Source of the DNA: Octopus sinensis
Taxonomy: Eukaryota
Assembly (NCBI RefSeq): GCF_006345805.1
Contig: NC_043013.1
Span: 43,896,001 to 43,960,000, forward strand
Reading direction: 5' to 3'
Length of the DNA: 64,000 nucleotides
The translations under genes were made by a program, and so were the position numbers. Below the pieces are notes generated by a model, which was given only the letters and a program-made list of their open reading frames with translations, was not told where the DNA came from and made no database searches. Below, in pieces: positions 37,370 to 49,913 of this stretch; positions within the stretch are counted from its first letter, which is position 1; each line of letters starts with the position of its first letter.

Positions 37370-37902
37370 TTTTCTTTGTTTCAGTCATTCGACTGTGGTC
37401 ATGCTGGAGCACTGCCCTAAACAGAAATCAACCCTAGGACATATTCTTTGTGAGCCTAGTACTTATTTTATCACTCTCTTTTGCCCAACCACTATGTCAT
37501 GGGGATGTAAACACACTAACATCTGTTGTCAAGCGATGGTGGGGGGGGGAGACAAACAGACACAAAGTGTGGTCATGCTGGAGCACTGCCCTAAACAGAA
37601 ATCAACCCCAGGACATATTCTTTGTGAGCCTAGTACTTATTCTATCACTCTCTTTTGCCCAACCACTATGTTATGGTGGGGGTGCGAAGACAAACAGACA
37701 CAAAACCACACACATACATATTTACATATATATATATGACAGGTTTCTTTCAGTTTCCGTTTACCAAATCCACTCACAAGGCTTTGGTTGGCCTGAGGCT
37801 ATAGTAGAAGATACTTGCTCAAGGTGCCATGCAGTGGGGCTGAACCCAGAACCATGTGGTTGGGAAGTAAGCTTCTAACCACACAGCCATGCCTGTGCCT
37901 AT
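37370..37902 (-). mobile_element. SINE-A with internally duplicated 3' segment
   Basis: tgtggtcatgctggagcactgccctaaacagaaatcaacc occurs at about 37393 and 37568. Confidence 0.8.
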
Positions 37903-38069
37903 GTGTAGTATGACTATGTATGATGTATATGTATAGTCGGCTTACAGATTGTATTTATAAAAATACATATTAACTGGTCTCTTTCTTGGCCTTAAAACCC
38001 TACTTTTTCCTATTGTTACTTAAACATTTAATACATAGCCAAGAGTGTGTGTGTCTGTGTGTGTGTATC

Positions 38070-38300
38070 GTCATCATCGTTTAACGTCTGTTTTCCATGC
38101 TAGCATGGGTTGGATGGTTCAACTGGAGTCTGGGCGTCCAGGAGGCTGCACCAGGCTCCAGTCCGATCTGGCAGTGTTTCTACAGCTGGATGCCCTTTCT
38201 AATGCCAACCACTCCATATGTGTAGTGGGTGCTTTTTATGTGCCATTGGCACAGAAGCCAGTCAAAGGGGCACTGGCATCAGCCACATTCAGATGGTGCT
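38070..38300 (-). mobile_element. RTE 3' UTR copy
   Basis: catcatcgtttaacgtctgttttccatgctagcatggg... Confidence 0.8.
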
Positions 38301-39769
38301 TTATATATATATATATATATATGTACACATGGCAATGTATGACATGTATGTGTGCGTATATTGCATAGGTATGTACACATATTATGCATAAGTACATGTG
38401 TGCGTGTGTGTGTGTGTGTGTGTGAATATTAATGTTTTGCTTATTGTTATTTGACCGAAGTAGTGCTGATATTAGCATTCCTTGTTGAGATTTATGCAAA
38501 ACTTCTTTAACCCTTTATCATTTAAACTAGACATATCCCAGCAAAAATATTCTGTTGTATGTTCAAACCAGACAGATCCAGCCTCTTATACCTGACCCTA
38601 CAATGTCATTCAATCACATCAATAAAATCTCAAAGCTACAAAATATTGCATGATTAATTGAAAACAATGGAAATAAATAAGTATTACATTTTATAGAATA
38701 ATCTTAACGCTAAAAACTTAAAGGCACAGGAAAAGGAAGCGTCCAGCCATAAAATTGTGTCATGAAATCAATTACTGTGGAAGGCATCCTAGCATGGAGA
38801 AGGGTCTGTTAAAAAAAATATATATATATACATATGTATGTGTGTTTTGTTTCTGATCATGAATGCATACTGAGGAGAGAACAAAAGGAAGTTTGTAAAT
38901 GAAAGAGGAAGAGAAAGAGAGGAAATGTGTGAGTGGTTATACAATGTTCATATTGTATGTGTGTGTAAGTGAAAGCAATCCATATCATATACATGTGTGT
39001 GTGTGTAAAACACATTGCGGAATAAGTGTTTAAAATCTGGGCAGATACCTTATGAGAATTCTGATACAATCCAGATCTGGCTAACCACATTAGGGAACAT
39101 TAAGAATCTTTTGAAATAAACTTCTAAACTGTTGTGTCTGGGGAGAGTCATTTTCTTTTTGTGCCTTATTATTTAACACACTCACTGGTAAAATTTCCAC
39201 TTATTTCTTATTTTTATTTTCCTAAAATTTTCGTTGTGTCTTGCAAAATATGCTTCTACACACGAACTCATATAAAGAATCTTGCAAACCAAATCCAAAA
39301 CGAAATCTAAACTGTATTTCTTTCATTCAATAGGTAAATTTCAAGTTTGCTTCATTGGATTTCAAACAGACATCGTAATGAAGAATGGAGAATCATACAT
39401 CCTCAAAATTTTTTTTATTAAAGTGTTTTCTTTATATTCCATTTTGATTTGTATTTCTGCTGGATAAGTGTCCAAGTGTCCTTTGATTTAGCAGTTATGT
39501 GTATTTAGTTGATTTATATTAAATTAATTCAAATCCAAAGGTCAACAATCCTATAGAATTTTACACAGTTTGCTTCACCTACCTGTAAGGATAACACTTT
39601 AATGCATATAACTGCTACATTAAAGGAACAAGAACACTTACTTAGCAGAAACATGTGTTGGAATGGAATATGAAGAAAATAGTTTTAAAAAATAAATTTT
39701 GAAAGTGTATAATTCTCCATTATGATGTCTTGTGTGTGTGTGTGTGTGTGCATGTATTATTATTATTGA

Positions 39770-40210
39770 TATTGGCTTCAAATTTTGGCGTAAGGCCAGA
39801 AATTCTTAAGGAGGGGGTTAGTCAATTACATTGATCCCAGTGCTCAAATGGTCATTCTTTTATTGACTCCAAAAGGAAGAAAGGCAAAGTCGAGTTCAGC
39901 AGAATTTGGACTCAGAATGTAAGGAGAGACAAAATGCCACTAAGTATTACACCTGGCATGCAAATAATTCTACCAGCTCACCTATTTCTTTACTACCCAC
40001 AAGGAGCTAAACACAGAGAGGACAAACAAGGACAGACAAACGGATTAAGTCGATTATATCGACCCCAGTGCATAACTGGTACTTATTTAATTGGACCCTG
40101 AAAGGATAAAAGGCAAAGTCGACCTCGGTGGAATTTAAACTCAGAACGTAGCAGCAGACAAAATACCGCTAAGCATTTTGCCCGGCATGCTAACGATTCT
40201 GCCAGCTCAT
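39770..40210 (-). mobile_element. Two tandem SINE-B copies with different tail types
   Basis: Heads near 40210 and 39982; the tail of one abuts the head of the other. Confidence 0.8.
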
Positions 40211-40719
40211 TACTTTATATCAAATATTGATATTGGTTTAACATGCTCCTCTCTATGTTTATGTGGGTCACATGGATTTTGTTCTGGCGATTGTTTTTAA
40301 AATGAGATGTCCTTCCTGTCACTAACCTTCACCTGTTTATATGCAAGTTAATATTTTCCTATGGCCAGACATGTTTTCATGCCAGATTGGAAACGAATAA
40401 TACAGTTTACATGACAATGAAATTTGTTTACAATTACCACATGATGCCAAGACAAGGAAACACAAACACCCCAACACACACATATTCACTTGCTTCAGGT
40501 TCATATGGTGGTGGTTACAGTTGTGTTCATTGGTTTCAACTGTGGTTGACTGGTTAAATTTTTGTCCTTTATATACATTCCTGTGGATAGAAGTAGTAAT
40601 GCCATACCATTTTTAAGTGTTTATTTTAGAAATGATGACAGCAGTTCTTTTCAGAGATTTTTATGTTTTAGATATGGGGATAAGACTTTTAAACCTTAAA
40701 TAAGATTATTGTTTATTAA

Positions 40720-40939
40720 CCCTTTCGTTACCGTATTTATTTTGAGATGCTCTGTGTTTCTTTCAACTATTTTAAATATAACAAAGAATTTAGTAAAATA
40801 ACTTAGTTATCATTAATCTAGTGTTAGGAACATAAATTGTGACTAAGGATTGGTGGAATATTTTAATTCAAAACTTATGAAAACAAGACATTTTACCACA
40901 GAGCCAGAGCTGGTTTTGGCCAGGTTAGTAACAAAAGGG
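40720..40939 (+). mobile_element. piggyBac-type MITE family 1 inside the Penelope remnant
   Basis: TTAA TSD at 40716-40719 and 40940-40943; the paralogous empty site tgtttgTTAAgcttggg lies at about 17296-17312. Confidence 0.93.
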
Positions 40940-41509
40940 TTAAGCTTGGGTTTGAATTTATTAATGAAGTCCTTTTCTCTCAGTTTTCTCTCGATTTCAT
41001 TGAGATTGTATAGTTTATGAATTGGAAATATAAATATTTTCCAGCCACATGTTGCTAGATATTTACTCAGCGGTATTTGGCAGATTTTGGATTTTCAATT
41101 AGTTGTCGGTGCACTCATGACCATTCTGATTGTGCATTGCCTGTCTGGCCAACATACAGTTCTTCGAAATTCAGGCATTTGATGCAGTAGATTAAATTTC
41201 TGCTTTTGCAGTTCATATTTGTGTTTGTGACTATTTCCCCCATTTTTGAGTTCATATATGGGCCTGTATGAATTAATTGGCATGTACTGCATCGGTTATC
41301 ATTGCATTTAGACACAGTGAAAGGTTAGTCTTTGTTGGGAAGGTCAAACCTCGTCTTTGTTAATAACTTTTTCAAGGTTTAGGCTGTCTTTTACTGAGAG
41401 TTATAGTTTGGTCTGCAATGATATCTCTTAATTCCTTACTTTGAGCAATGATTGGTAGGTTTGCTTTAGCAATGCTGAAGATGTTCTGGTGGCATGGATT
41501 GTGTGTTAA

Positions 41510-41732
41510 CCCTTTCGTTACCAACCCAGCTGAAAATTGGCTCTGGCTCTGTAGTACAAATGTTTTGTTTTCATAAGTTTTGAATTAAAATTTTCCTCCA
41601 AACATTAGTCACGAGTTATGTTCCCAACACTAGCTTAATGATAACTAAGTCATTTTACTAAATTCTTTGTTATATTTAAAATAATTGAAAGAAACTCAGA
41701 GAATCTCAAAAATAAATATGGTAACGAAAGGG
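41510..41732 (-). mobile_element. piggyBac-type MITE family 1 inside the Penelope ORF
   Basis: TTAA at 41506-41509 and 41733-41736; removing it restores the reading frame. Confidence 0.9.
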
Positions 41733-42455
41733 TTAATTGGTAGAAAAATGTGATAAATGCCATGCTTAAAAACATTCAAGCCTGAAATCACTTTTGTAGC
41801 TTTTTTGCTAATTAAAAAAAAGTCATACACATTCCACCACAGAGTTCATAAATTATCTTTCCTCCTCCACAACCATACATTGTTCACTCACCTTATGCAC
41901 CATGCCTGCTCTCCCTCTTCTTGCAATCTACTCAACCACATGTCTTTTCTCTCTCTCTCTTCTTTTTGCTGCCTACCATATCTTCATTACTATTCTGCTG
42001 CACTCTTCCACTATTCTCAGCTACCAATTATCTTTTACTTCTCTTACCTCCCCCATCTCATGCATCATTGGTCATCCTTCACTCCTTAGCCATTATTCCT
42101 GATGCCACACTTCAGCGTGGCCATGCTGGAGTACCAACTTAAAGAATTTTAGTGAAACAAATCGACCCCCGATACTAATTTTTATTTTAAGCCTGATATT
42201 TAGTCTGTCAGTGTCTTTTGCTGAATTGCTAAGTTACAGGTCATAAACACACCAACAGCGATTGTCAAGCAGTGGGGTGGGGGGACAAACACAGAGACAA
42301 AGACACACAAACACACACATACACGACTGGCAGAAGTTACAAAGTGATGGTAGGGTTAAAAGCTTTGTGCGATAGTACTTATAGGTTTGTAACATCAAAC
42401 CCACCCACCCACACACACGCACAACCTGATTGAGCACTGCATTAATCAGACTAGG

Positions 42456-42688
42456 GTGGCGAGCTGGCAGAATCGTTAGCATGCTGGGTGAAATGCTTAG
42501 CGGTATTTCATCTGCCACTACGTTCTGAGTTCAAATTCCGCTGAGGTTGACTTTGCCTTTCATCCTTTCGGGGTTGATTAAATAAGTACCAGTTACGCAC
42601 TGGGGTCGATGTAATCGACTTAATACCTATGTCTGGCCTTGTTTGTCCCCTCTATGTTTAGCCCCTTGTGGGTAATAAAGAAATATGT
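42456..42688 (+). mobile_element. SINE-B with 15-bp TSD
   Basis: attaatcagactagg at 42441-42455 and 42689-42703. Confidence 0.92.
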
Positions 42689-43407
42689 ATTAATCAGACT
42701 AGGTTGTTGCATGGAATGTGACTGTGATCCAATTAATCAAAATTGTGAGTATTCAGCTCTCAGACTTGCATATGCCCCATCATATTCTTATAGTCTTAAT
42801 GTTATTCTATTTTGTTAACAAATTGAATGATCTCTAGTGTATTATGCTATTTTCCTACAAGTATACAAGTGTTTGTGTGTGCATCACACACAAACACATA
42901 TATAAAGATATATATATATATAAATATTATATATATATATTTATATATCTTTGATGATTATCTTCAGATATACACTAAGAAACAGCTGGATTTAATAACA
43001 TTTTCAGCTGATATAGCGATAGAATTTGGCAAAAGAAACTGTTCATAGTTGATTGTTGAACGTTGGAAAACCCATCTTCCAAATGTAAACCATTAACACC
43101 CACAGATTTTCTATCTCTGCTATTCCAAAGAGAGCTGCAAATACCTTTGTATTGATGAAATTATATCATATAATGATGCTGTGGACAAAAATAAGTATTC
43201 AGAAAATTTTATATGAAACTTAAGATATATGGCAGTCACAGTTTTTCTCTTACAACAAAACAATAGCTCACTATACAGTTGCTGTATTAGTACTGATACC
43301 AACAATAAGGATTCTTCAATGGAATAGAGAAGAAATCTGCTTCAGTTGTATCAAAACCCACAAAATCCTGAAGTTTATAAGCTTCCACAAAAATAGTGTT
43401 ATTCATT

Positions 43408-43664
43408 AACTTTATCTCGGTGGCACGTAAAAAGCACCATCTGATCATGGCCGTTTGCCAGCCTCCCCTGACACCTGTGCCAGTGGCATGTAAAAAGCAC
43501 CCACTACACTCACGGAGTGGTTGGCGTTAGGAAGGGCATCCAGCCGTAGAAACATTGCCAGGTCAGACTGGGCCTGGTGCAGCCTTCTGGCTTCCCAGAC
43601 CCCAGTTGAACCGTCCAACCCATGCTAGCATGGAAAGCAGATGCTAAATGATGATGATGATGAT
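43408..43664 (+). mobile_element. RTE 3' UTR copy
   Basis: Ends catgctagcatggaaagcagatgctaaatgatgatgatgatga. Confidence 0.88.
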
Positions 43665-44863
43665 CTCAGAAGAAACACTGATGGATGAGACTTGAGATTA
43701 GTTCATACAACATCTGAGTGATGTACACTATTACTCATATAGTATTTGCACCAACAGCAACAAAAACACATACCTTTACCAAACACACAAAAATTAAGAG
43801 AACACCTTCCTTATTGAGACTGAACTTATAAGAAAAAGACTAGGTTTTTGATAAATTTCCACTTGACCCCAAAACTGTTGAATGAAACATTCAGTACACC
43901 AATAAAAGATTATGCATGGCTGTTTCCCATAAACTCGAGAATGATGTCGATATTCTTGGATGCATCATTATTACATACATCCCACTTCAAAGGATATACT
44001 GTTGCAATCTAAGACTCGGTGATGGCTACAAAATATTTGCTAAACAAAAGATACTGCAAAGTCCTTAAACCTCCAAGATACAAAGGAGAACATCAAGTGT
44101 GTGGAAAATAGACATGTGAACAGCAGTTGTCCTAAAATGTTATCAAAATATCACCTTCCTATGTGACATCAAGTTTTTAGTAAAACAATATACAACATTA
44201 TTTGTAGAAAATATTTCTCTGGGACAAATATAAACAATATTTCTGATAGTGAATACATTCATACATTCCATCACAAAGAATCATCAAAATTTCTACCAAA
44301 TACACACATAATACAAACACAACAGCTCTGATACAGTTGTCTGCAACAGAAAAACAAAACACTGTACTTTTCTCAATCTCAGTTGCCTAAGAGATGAGAA
44401 AATTTCATTTAAAATCAGTGAGAAAGAGAACATTTGTGGTAAACTTCTGTGGCTGTGTGTGGTAAGTAGCTTGCTTACCAACCACATGGTTCCGGGTTCA
44501 GTCCCACTGCGTGGCACCTTGGGCAAGTGTCTTCTACTATAGCCTTGTTTATCTTATATAGCAAAGTTTATCTTTGTGTATTGGTGACATCGGTATGGGG
44601 AGAGAGAGTGAGAATCAAAAACTGTGAACACCGAAATCATCATTTTAGAGAGGGATGAAGGGAACTAGATATCCTGAGTGAAGGAAGAGATCATGGTTGA
44701 AGATTTGTTAATGGTTAGAGGGGTCTTAAGAGTAATAGAGGAAACAAATATATTTGGAGGTATAAGGTAATGGCATTAATTTTCAGAGTAAAGTTCGAGT
44801 AAAGTGTGTAGAATAGATAACACAAATGAACTAGGGATAATAGTTGGGAGATTTGTACCTTAA

Positions 44864-45195
44864 CCCTTTCATTACTGTATTTATTTTGAGATGCTCTGTG
44901 TTTCTTTCAATTACTTTAAATATAACAAAGAATTTAGTAAAATACCTTAGTTATCATTCAGCTAGTGTTAGGAACATAAATTGTGACTAAGGTTTGGTGG
45001 AAGATTTAAATTATTCCATCAATTATTTTAAATATAACAAAGAATTTAGTAAAATAACTTAGTCATCATTTAGTTAGTGTTAGGAACATAAATTGTGACT
45101 AAGGTTTGGTGGAAGATTTTCATTCACAACTTATGAAAACAAGATATTTGTACTCAGAGCCATAACCGGTTTCAGCTGGGTTGGTAACAAAAAGG
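44864..45195 (+). mobile_element. piggyBac-type MITE family 1 with about 110-bp internal duplication
   Basis: TTAA flanks; tttaaatataacaaagaatttagtaaaata...ggaagattt occurs twice. Confidence 0.88.
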
Positions 45196-45638
45196 TTAAA
45201 GAAAAGTAGGATGCATAATTTTGGTGATTGCATGAGGCAATGTGTGGGTCTAAACTGGATTGGAGACTATGGATGATAGAAAATTAAATTATCAAGCAGA
45301 TATAGAATTGTGCCATTTAATTTGTGCCATGAGTGCAGAGTGGGGTTGTGATCGGCATGGAGCATGGTACTCAAGCTTGCAACAAAGTGAATAGAAATTG
45401 GAAACTCTGAGAAGTGGTGATGTGAAGATCTAACTTTAAATAAATTAACGAACTCTACTACATGTCAATTCTTTTGTGATCACATGTTGATTTACATGCA
45501 CGTACACACGCACACATTAGTACTGATATCTTTAGTCAAAGAGTTAAGGTGCTGCAAATCAAAAGAATGTTGAAAATGCTTGAAGGGAAAATGTGTTATT
45601 GTATATTTCATATTATTTGCAACTTGCAAGTTATTTAA

Positions 45639-45858
45639 CCCTTTCATTACCAACTCGGCTGAAACCAGCTCTGGCTCTGAGTACAAATGTCTTGTTTTCA
45701 TAAGTTTTGAATTAAAATCTTCCACCAAACCTTTGTCATAATTTATGTTCCTGACACTAGCTGAATGATAACCAAGTTATTTTACTAAATTCTTTGTTAG
45801 ATTCAAAATAATTAAAAGAAACACAGAGCATCTCAAAATAAATCCAGTAACGAAAGGG
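45639..45858 (-). mobile_element. piggyBac-type MITE family 1
   Basis: TTAA|CCCTTTC ... GAAAGGG|TTAA. Confidence 0.9.
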
Positions 45859-46244
45859 TTAATCTACAAGCAAGGTTTGCAGTTTTCTAGATGAAATATC
45901 TTCAAAATTGTAAATAAAATTTGAAGTATAATATATGTTACAAATCCACCATAATATAACTTTTAGCTAATACCAAACCCAATATCTCCTGTAAATTACC
46001 AAGTTTCTAATGAATCAGCACTAATAGCAAACTAAAACCTTGATCTAGATCCAATTAAAATGTAATTCTTTTATAAACTTGAATATAAAAATCAGAGGTG
46101 CTGGAAACAATTTAATTTGACATAGTCCCATATCAGACAATGGAAGGATCCTAAACATCTAGAACAAAAACTACAGTGAAAACCAAACTAAAAGGGAGAA
46201 TGTATAAATAACACACACGCACACACACACACAGAGTTATATAT

Positions 46245-46254
46245 AAAGAGAGAG

Positions 46255-46289
<35 letters not shown>

Positions 46290-46655
46290 AAAAGAAAGAA
46301 TGAGAAAAGGAGTGAGAGAAAATGAGAAAAGGAGAGAGAGAAAACAAGAAAAGGCGAAAGAGGAAAGGAGAGAAAATGAGAGAGAAAACAAGAAAAGGCG
46401 AGAGAGAAAAGGAGAGAGAGAAAGTGAGAAAAGGAGGGAGAGAAAACGAGGAGAGAGAGAGAGAGAATTAGAATGAGAGAAAGAGTTAGAGAAAACGAAA
46501 GGAGAGAGAGGGAATGAGAACGAGAGAAAGAGAGAGAGAAAACATGAGAAGGAGAGACAGAAAGCAAGAGAAGGAGAGACAGAAAATGAGAGAAGGAGAG
46601 AGCGAAAACGAGAGAAGGACAGAGAAAATGAGAGAAGAAGAGAGCAAGAATGATA
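46245..46655 (+). repeat. Purine-rich (GA) low-complexity tract or decayed minisatellite
   Basis: Recurrent gagaaaatgagaaaaggagagagagaaaac units. Confidence 0.85.
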
Positions 46656-47261
46656 TAGAGAAATTAGTTAATGACACATTTGACATGAATTTATTGTGGA
46701 CATGTAGCAGGGAGTGGGATTTAGTTTGATGCAAGTACAGTGATAAACTTTGGACATATTTCAGTCTTATCTGATCTCCTCAGCAAAGCAGAACCTTCAC
46801 CAGTAATTGCCAAATCAAGATATAAAAAGTTTGACGGAATAAATACGAATAATAATGGTTTCAAATTCTAGCACAAGGTTAGTCATTTCAAGGGATGAGA
46901 TAAATTGATTATATTGACCACAGTGTTCAACTAGTACATACTTCATAGACCCTGAGAGGACAAAAGGCAAAGCGGACCTCAGTGGAACTTGAATTCAGAA
47001 CATAAGAATACAAAAATGCCAAAATGCTGCTAAGCTAACAAGTCTGTCAGTTTGCTGCCTTGATAATATTGACAACTTAAAATGATGACTGGAAGTGAGG
47101 AATTGTCCAAAAACATGAAAAATAACATAATATAACCAGCCAGAAAAAAATATCATGATAATTAAAATTAGAAGTATAATGGGAAAGAAAAGAACTTTTA
47201 TAGCTTGATTGATTCTGTTAAGAAAGACAGGGGAAAACACTCCAAAGTTTAAATTAATTAA

Positions 47262-47675
47262 TCATAGTGCAGGAGTGGCTGTATGGTAAGTAGCTTGCTT
47301 ACCAACCACATGGTTCCGGGTTCAGTCCACTGCGTGGCACCTTGGGCAAATGTCTTCTACTATATCCTCAGGCCGACCAAAGCCTTGTGAGTGGATTTGG
47401 TAGACGGAAACTGAAAGAAGCCCGTTGTATATATGTATATATATGTATGTGCATGTGTGTTTGCGTGTCTGTGTTTGTCCCCCCTAGCATTGCTTGACAA
47501 CCGATGCTGGTGTGTTTATGTCCCCGTCACTTAGCGGTTCGGCAAAAGAGACTGATAGAATAAGTACTGGGCTTACAAAGAATAAGTCCCGGGGTTGAGT
47601 TGCTCGACTAAAGGCGGTGCTCCAGCATGGCCGCAGTCAAATGACTGAAACAAGTAAAAGAGTAAAAGAGTAAAT
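47262..47675 (+). mobile_element. Full-length CORE-type SINE-A
   Basis: Complete match to group A. Confidence 0.92.
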
Positions 47676-47854
47676 AGCAATTACCGATATAAAGTTATTA
47701 GTCCATCAAAGAATTCTTGAAAATTACATAATGCAAGCAGTAAAAAGTATTTAGAACCAAAACAGACAGGTTGAGTTATATACCAAGACAACTTTGCAGA
47801 ACCAAAGTTTCCATGCGAAGTGCAGCATAATTTATAAACATAGCGATGGTATTA

Positions 47855-48111
47855 TTTACATTCGACGAATATATTTCCTCATCTTGTTTATTGTTAACAC
47901 AACATTTCGGCTGATATACCCTCCAGCCTTTTTCAGGTGTTTTGGGGAAATTTCGAACCTGGGTTCTCATTCCTAAGGTAATTTTCTATGTTATTATTAT
48001 TATTGTTGTTGTTGTTGCTCAGGTTACTGCTTGGAATCAAACTCAGAATCTTGGGGTTAGTACTCCATGCTCTTAACTACTATGCCATATACCTACGGGC
48101 ATATGGTATAG

Positions 48112-48161
<50 letters not shown>

Positions 48162-48330
48162 TAGAAAAATACCTTAGGAAAGAGAACCCAGGTTTGAAAT
48201 AACCCCAAGACACCTGATGAAGGCTGGAGGGTATATCAGCTGAAACATGTTAACAACAAACAAGATGAGGACAAATATCCATCGAATGTAAATAATGTAA
48301 ATAATTCCTCATCTCTTAAATATAGAACTG
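47855..48330. repeat. Penelope-like inverted repeat with a hammerhead-like core in each arm
   Basis: Arms about 47855-48000 and 48150-48300; acacCTGATGAaggctggagggtatatcagctGAAAc at 48210-48246, mirror copy at 47897-47940. Confidence 0.8.
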
Positions 48331-48574
48331 ATAGAACTGTTTTAAAGTGATCTATATAAAAATCTTCCATCAAAATTTCATGGTATGTTCCAAAAATTAG
48401 AATAAGAACGACAAAGTTCTTTTACTAAATTCTTTTAAAATTAAAGTGAAGGCAGTATATTGTTTGTCATTTATGTCTTTCAGTGGTTGGACTGCAGCTA
48501 TTCTGGGACACTACCTTCAAGGAGTTTTAGTTAAACAAACTGACCGTTGTACTTATTCTTTAAACTCTGATACT

Positions 48575-48906
48575 TATTAAGGAGCACTCCGTTGGTTGCA
48601 ACGACGAGGGTCCCAGCTGATACGATCAACGGAACAGTTTTGCTCGTGAAATTAACATGCAAGTGGCTGAGCACTCCACAAACATGTGTACCCTTAACAT
48701 AGTTCTCTGGGAGATTCAGCGTGACACACAGAGTGTGACAAGGCTGACCCTTTGAAATACAGGTATTACTCATTTTTGTCAGCTGAGTGGACTGGAGCAA
48801 GATGAAATAAAGTATCTTGCTCAAGGACACAACGTGTCGCCAGGAATTGAACTCACGACCTTACAATCATGAACTAAATGCCCCTAACCACTAAGTCATG
48901 TGCCTT
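48575..48906 (-). mobile_element. tRNA-headed SINE-C
   Basis: Reverse complement aaggcacatgacttagtggttagggg...gtgagttcaattcctgg...gtgtccttgagcaagatac. Confidence 0.8.
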
Positions 48907-49239
48907 ATTATATTGGTCTCTTAAACCGATGTGATAAGTTACAGTGACATAAACAAACCAACACTGACTGTCAGTTGATGGGAGGGTGAAGAACACACAC
49001 ACACACACAAAAGGCTTCCACACAAATTTTGTCTTTGTCTACTGAATTCACTGATGATGTACTGGTTGGCTCAGGCTACAGTAAGAGACATTTGCTCAAG
49101 GTGACACACAGTGAAAACAGAACCTGAAACCACAGGATTGCAAAGCAAGCTTTTTAACCACACAGCCATATCTGGCCAATATTTCAACAGATTTAAGGTA
49201 AGAAAAGGGATAACAAACACACTATATCAACAGTATTAA

Positions 49240-49460
49240 CCCTTTCATTACCAACCCGGCTGAAACCGGTTGTGTCTCTGTAGTACAAATGTCTTGTTTT
49301 CATAAGTTTTGAATTAAAATCTTCCACCAAACCTTAGTCACAATTTATGTTCCTAACACTAGCTTAATGATGGCTAAGTTATTTTACTAAAGTCTTTGTT
49401 AGATTTAAAATAATTGAAAGAAACACAGAGCATCTCAAAATAAATGCGGTAACGAAAGGG
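49240..49460 (-). mobile_element. piggyBac-type MITE family 1
   Basis: TTAA at 49236-49239 and 49461-49464. Confidence 0.9.
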
Positions 49461-49913
49461 TTAAGTCAGCAAATTTTGGGGAGGGAACAAGTCAGTTACA
49501 TTGACCAAAGTAGTCAGCTGGTACCTATGTTAGCAACTCTGGAAAAATGAAAGACAAAGTCAACCTTGACAGAATCTGAACTTGAAACATCAAAACGGAT
49601 GAAATACCACTAAGCATTTTGCCAACCATGGTAATGACTCTACCAGTTAGTCACCTTAGACAGTTTTACCATATTAAGAATATGGAGTATATGAACAGTT
49701 AGGATACATAAAAACTGTTTCAGGCACAGGTACAGAGACAGAAATTTTCAGGGAGAGGATAGTTGATAAAATTAATCATGGCTTTTGGCTAGCTTTATAT
49801 TTCATTGAATCCAGATATATGGATGGCACAGTTGACTTAAGCTGGATTTGAACTTAGAACATAAGAGTTAAAATGATAAATACTGAGGCATCTATTCTGA
49901 CTCTTCAACCCCC

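Larger units (their letters stand above)
40495..41780 (-). mobile_element. Penelope-like retroelement remnant: linker plus GIY-YIG endonuclease, interrupted by two MITEs
   Basis: ..THNPCHQNIFSIAKANLPII..SKRQPK..VSKCNDNRCSTCQLIHTG..MNCKSRNLIYCIKCLNFEELYVGQTG; Cys motifs and LIY...YVGQT typical of PLE endonucleases. Confidence 0.9.

Noticed and set aside
46151-46734. Leu/Ser/Phe-rich and Arg/Glu-rich ORFs
   Set aside because: They are by-products of the GA-rich low-complexity tract.
46763-46857. Candidate + strand exon (LSDLLSKAEPSPVIAKSRYKKFDG)
   Set aside because: The segment resembles 2140-2215 in reverse complement (ctttgctga...aaatatgtcca.agtt.tcactgta), so it looks like a dispersed repeat.
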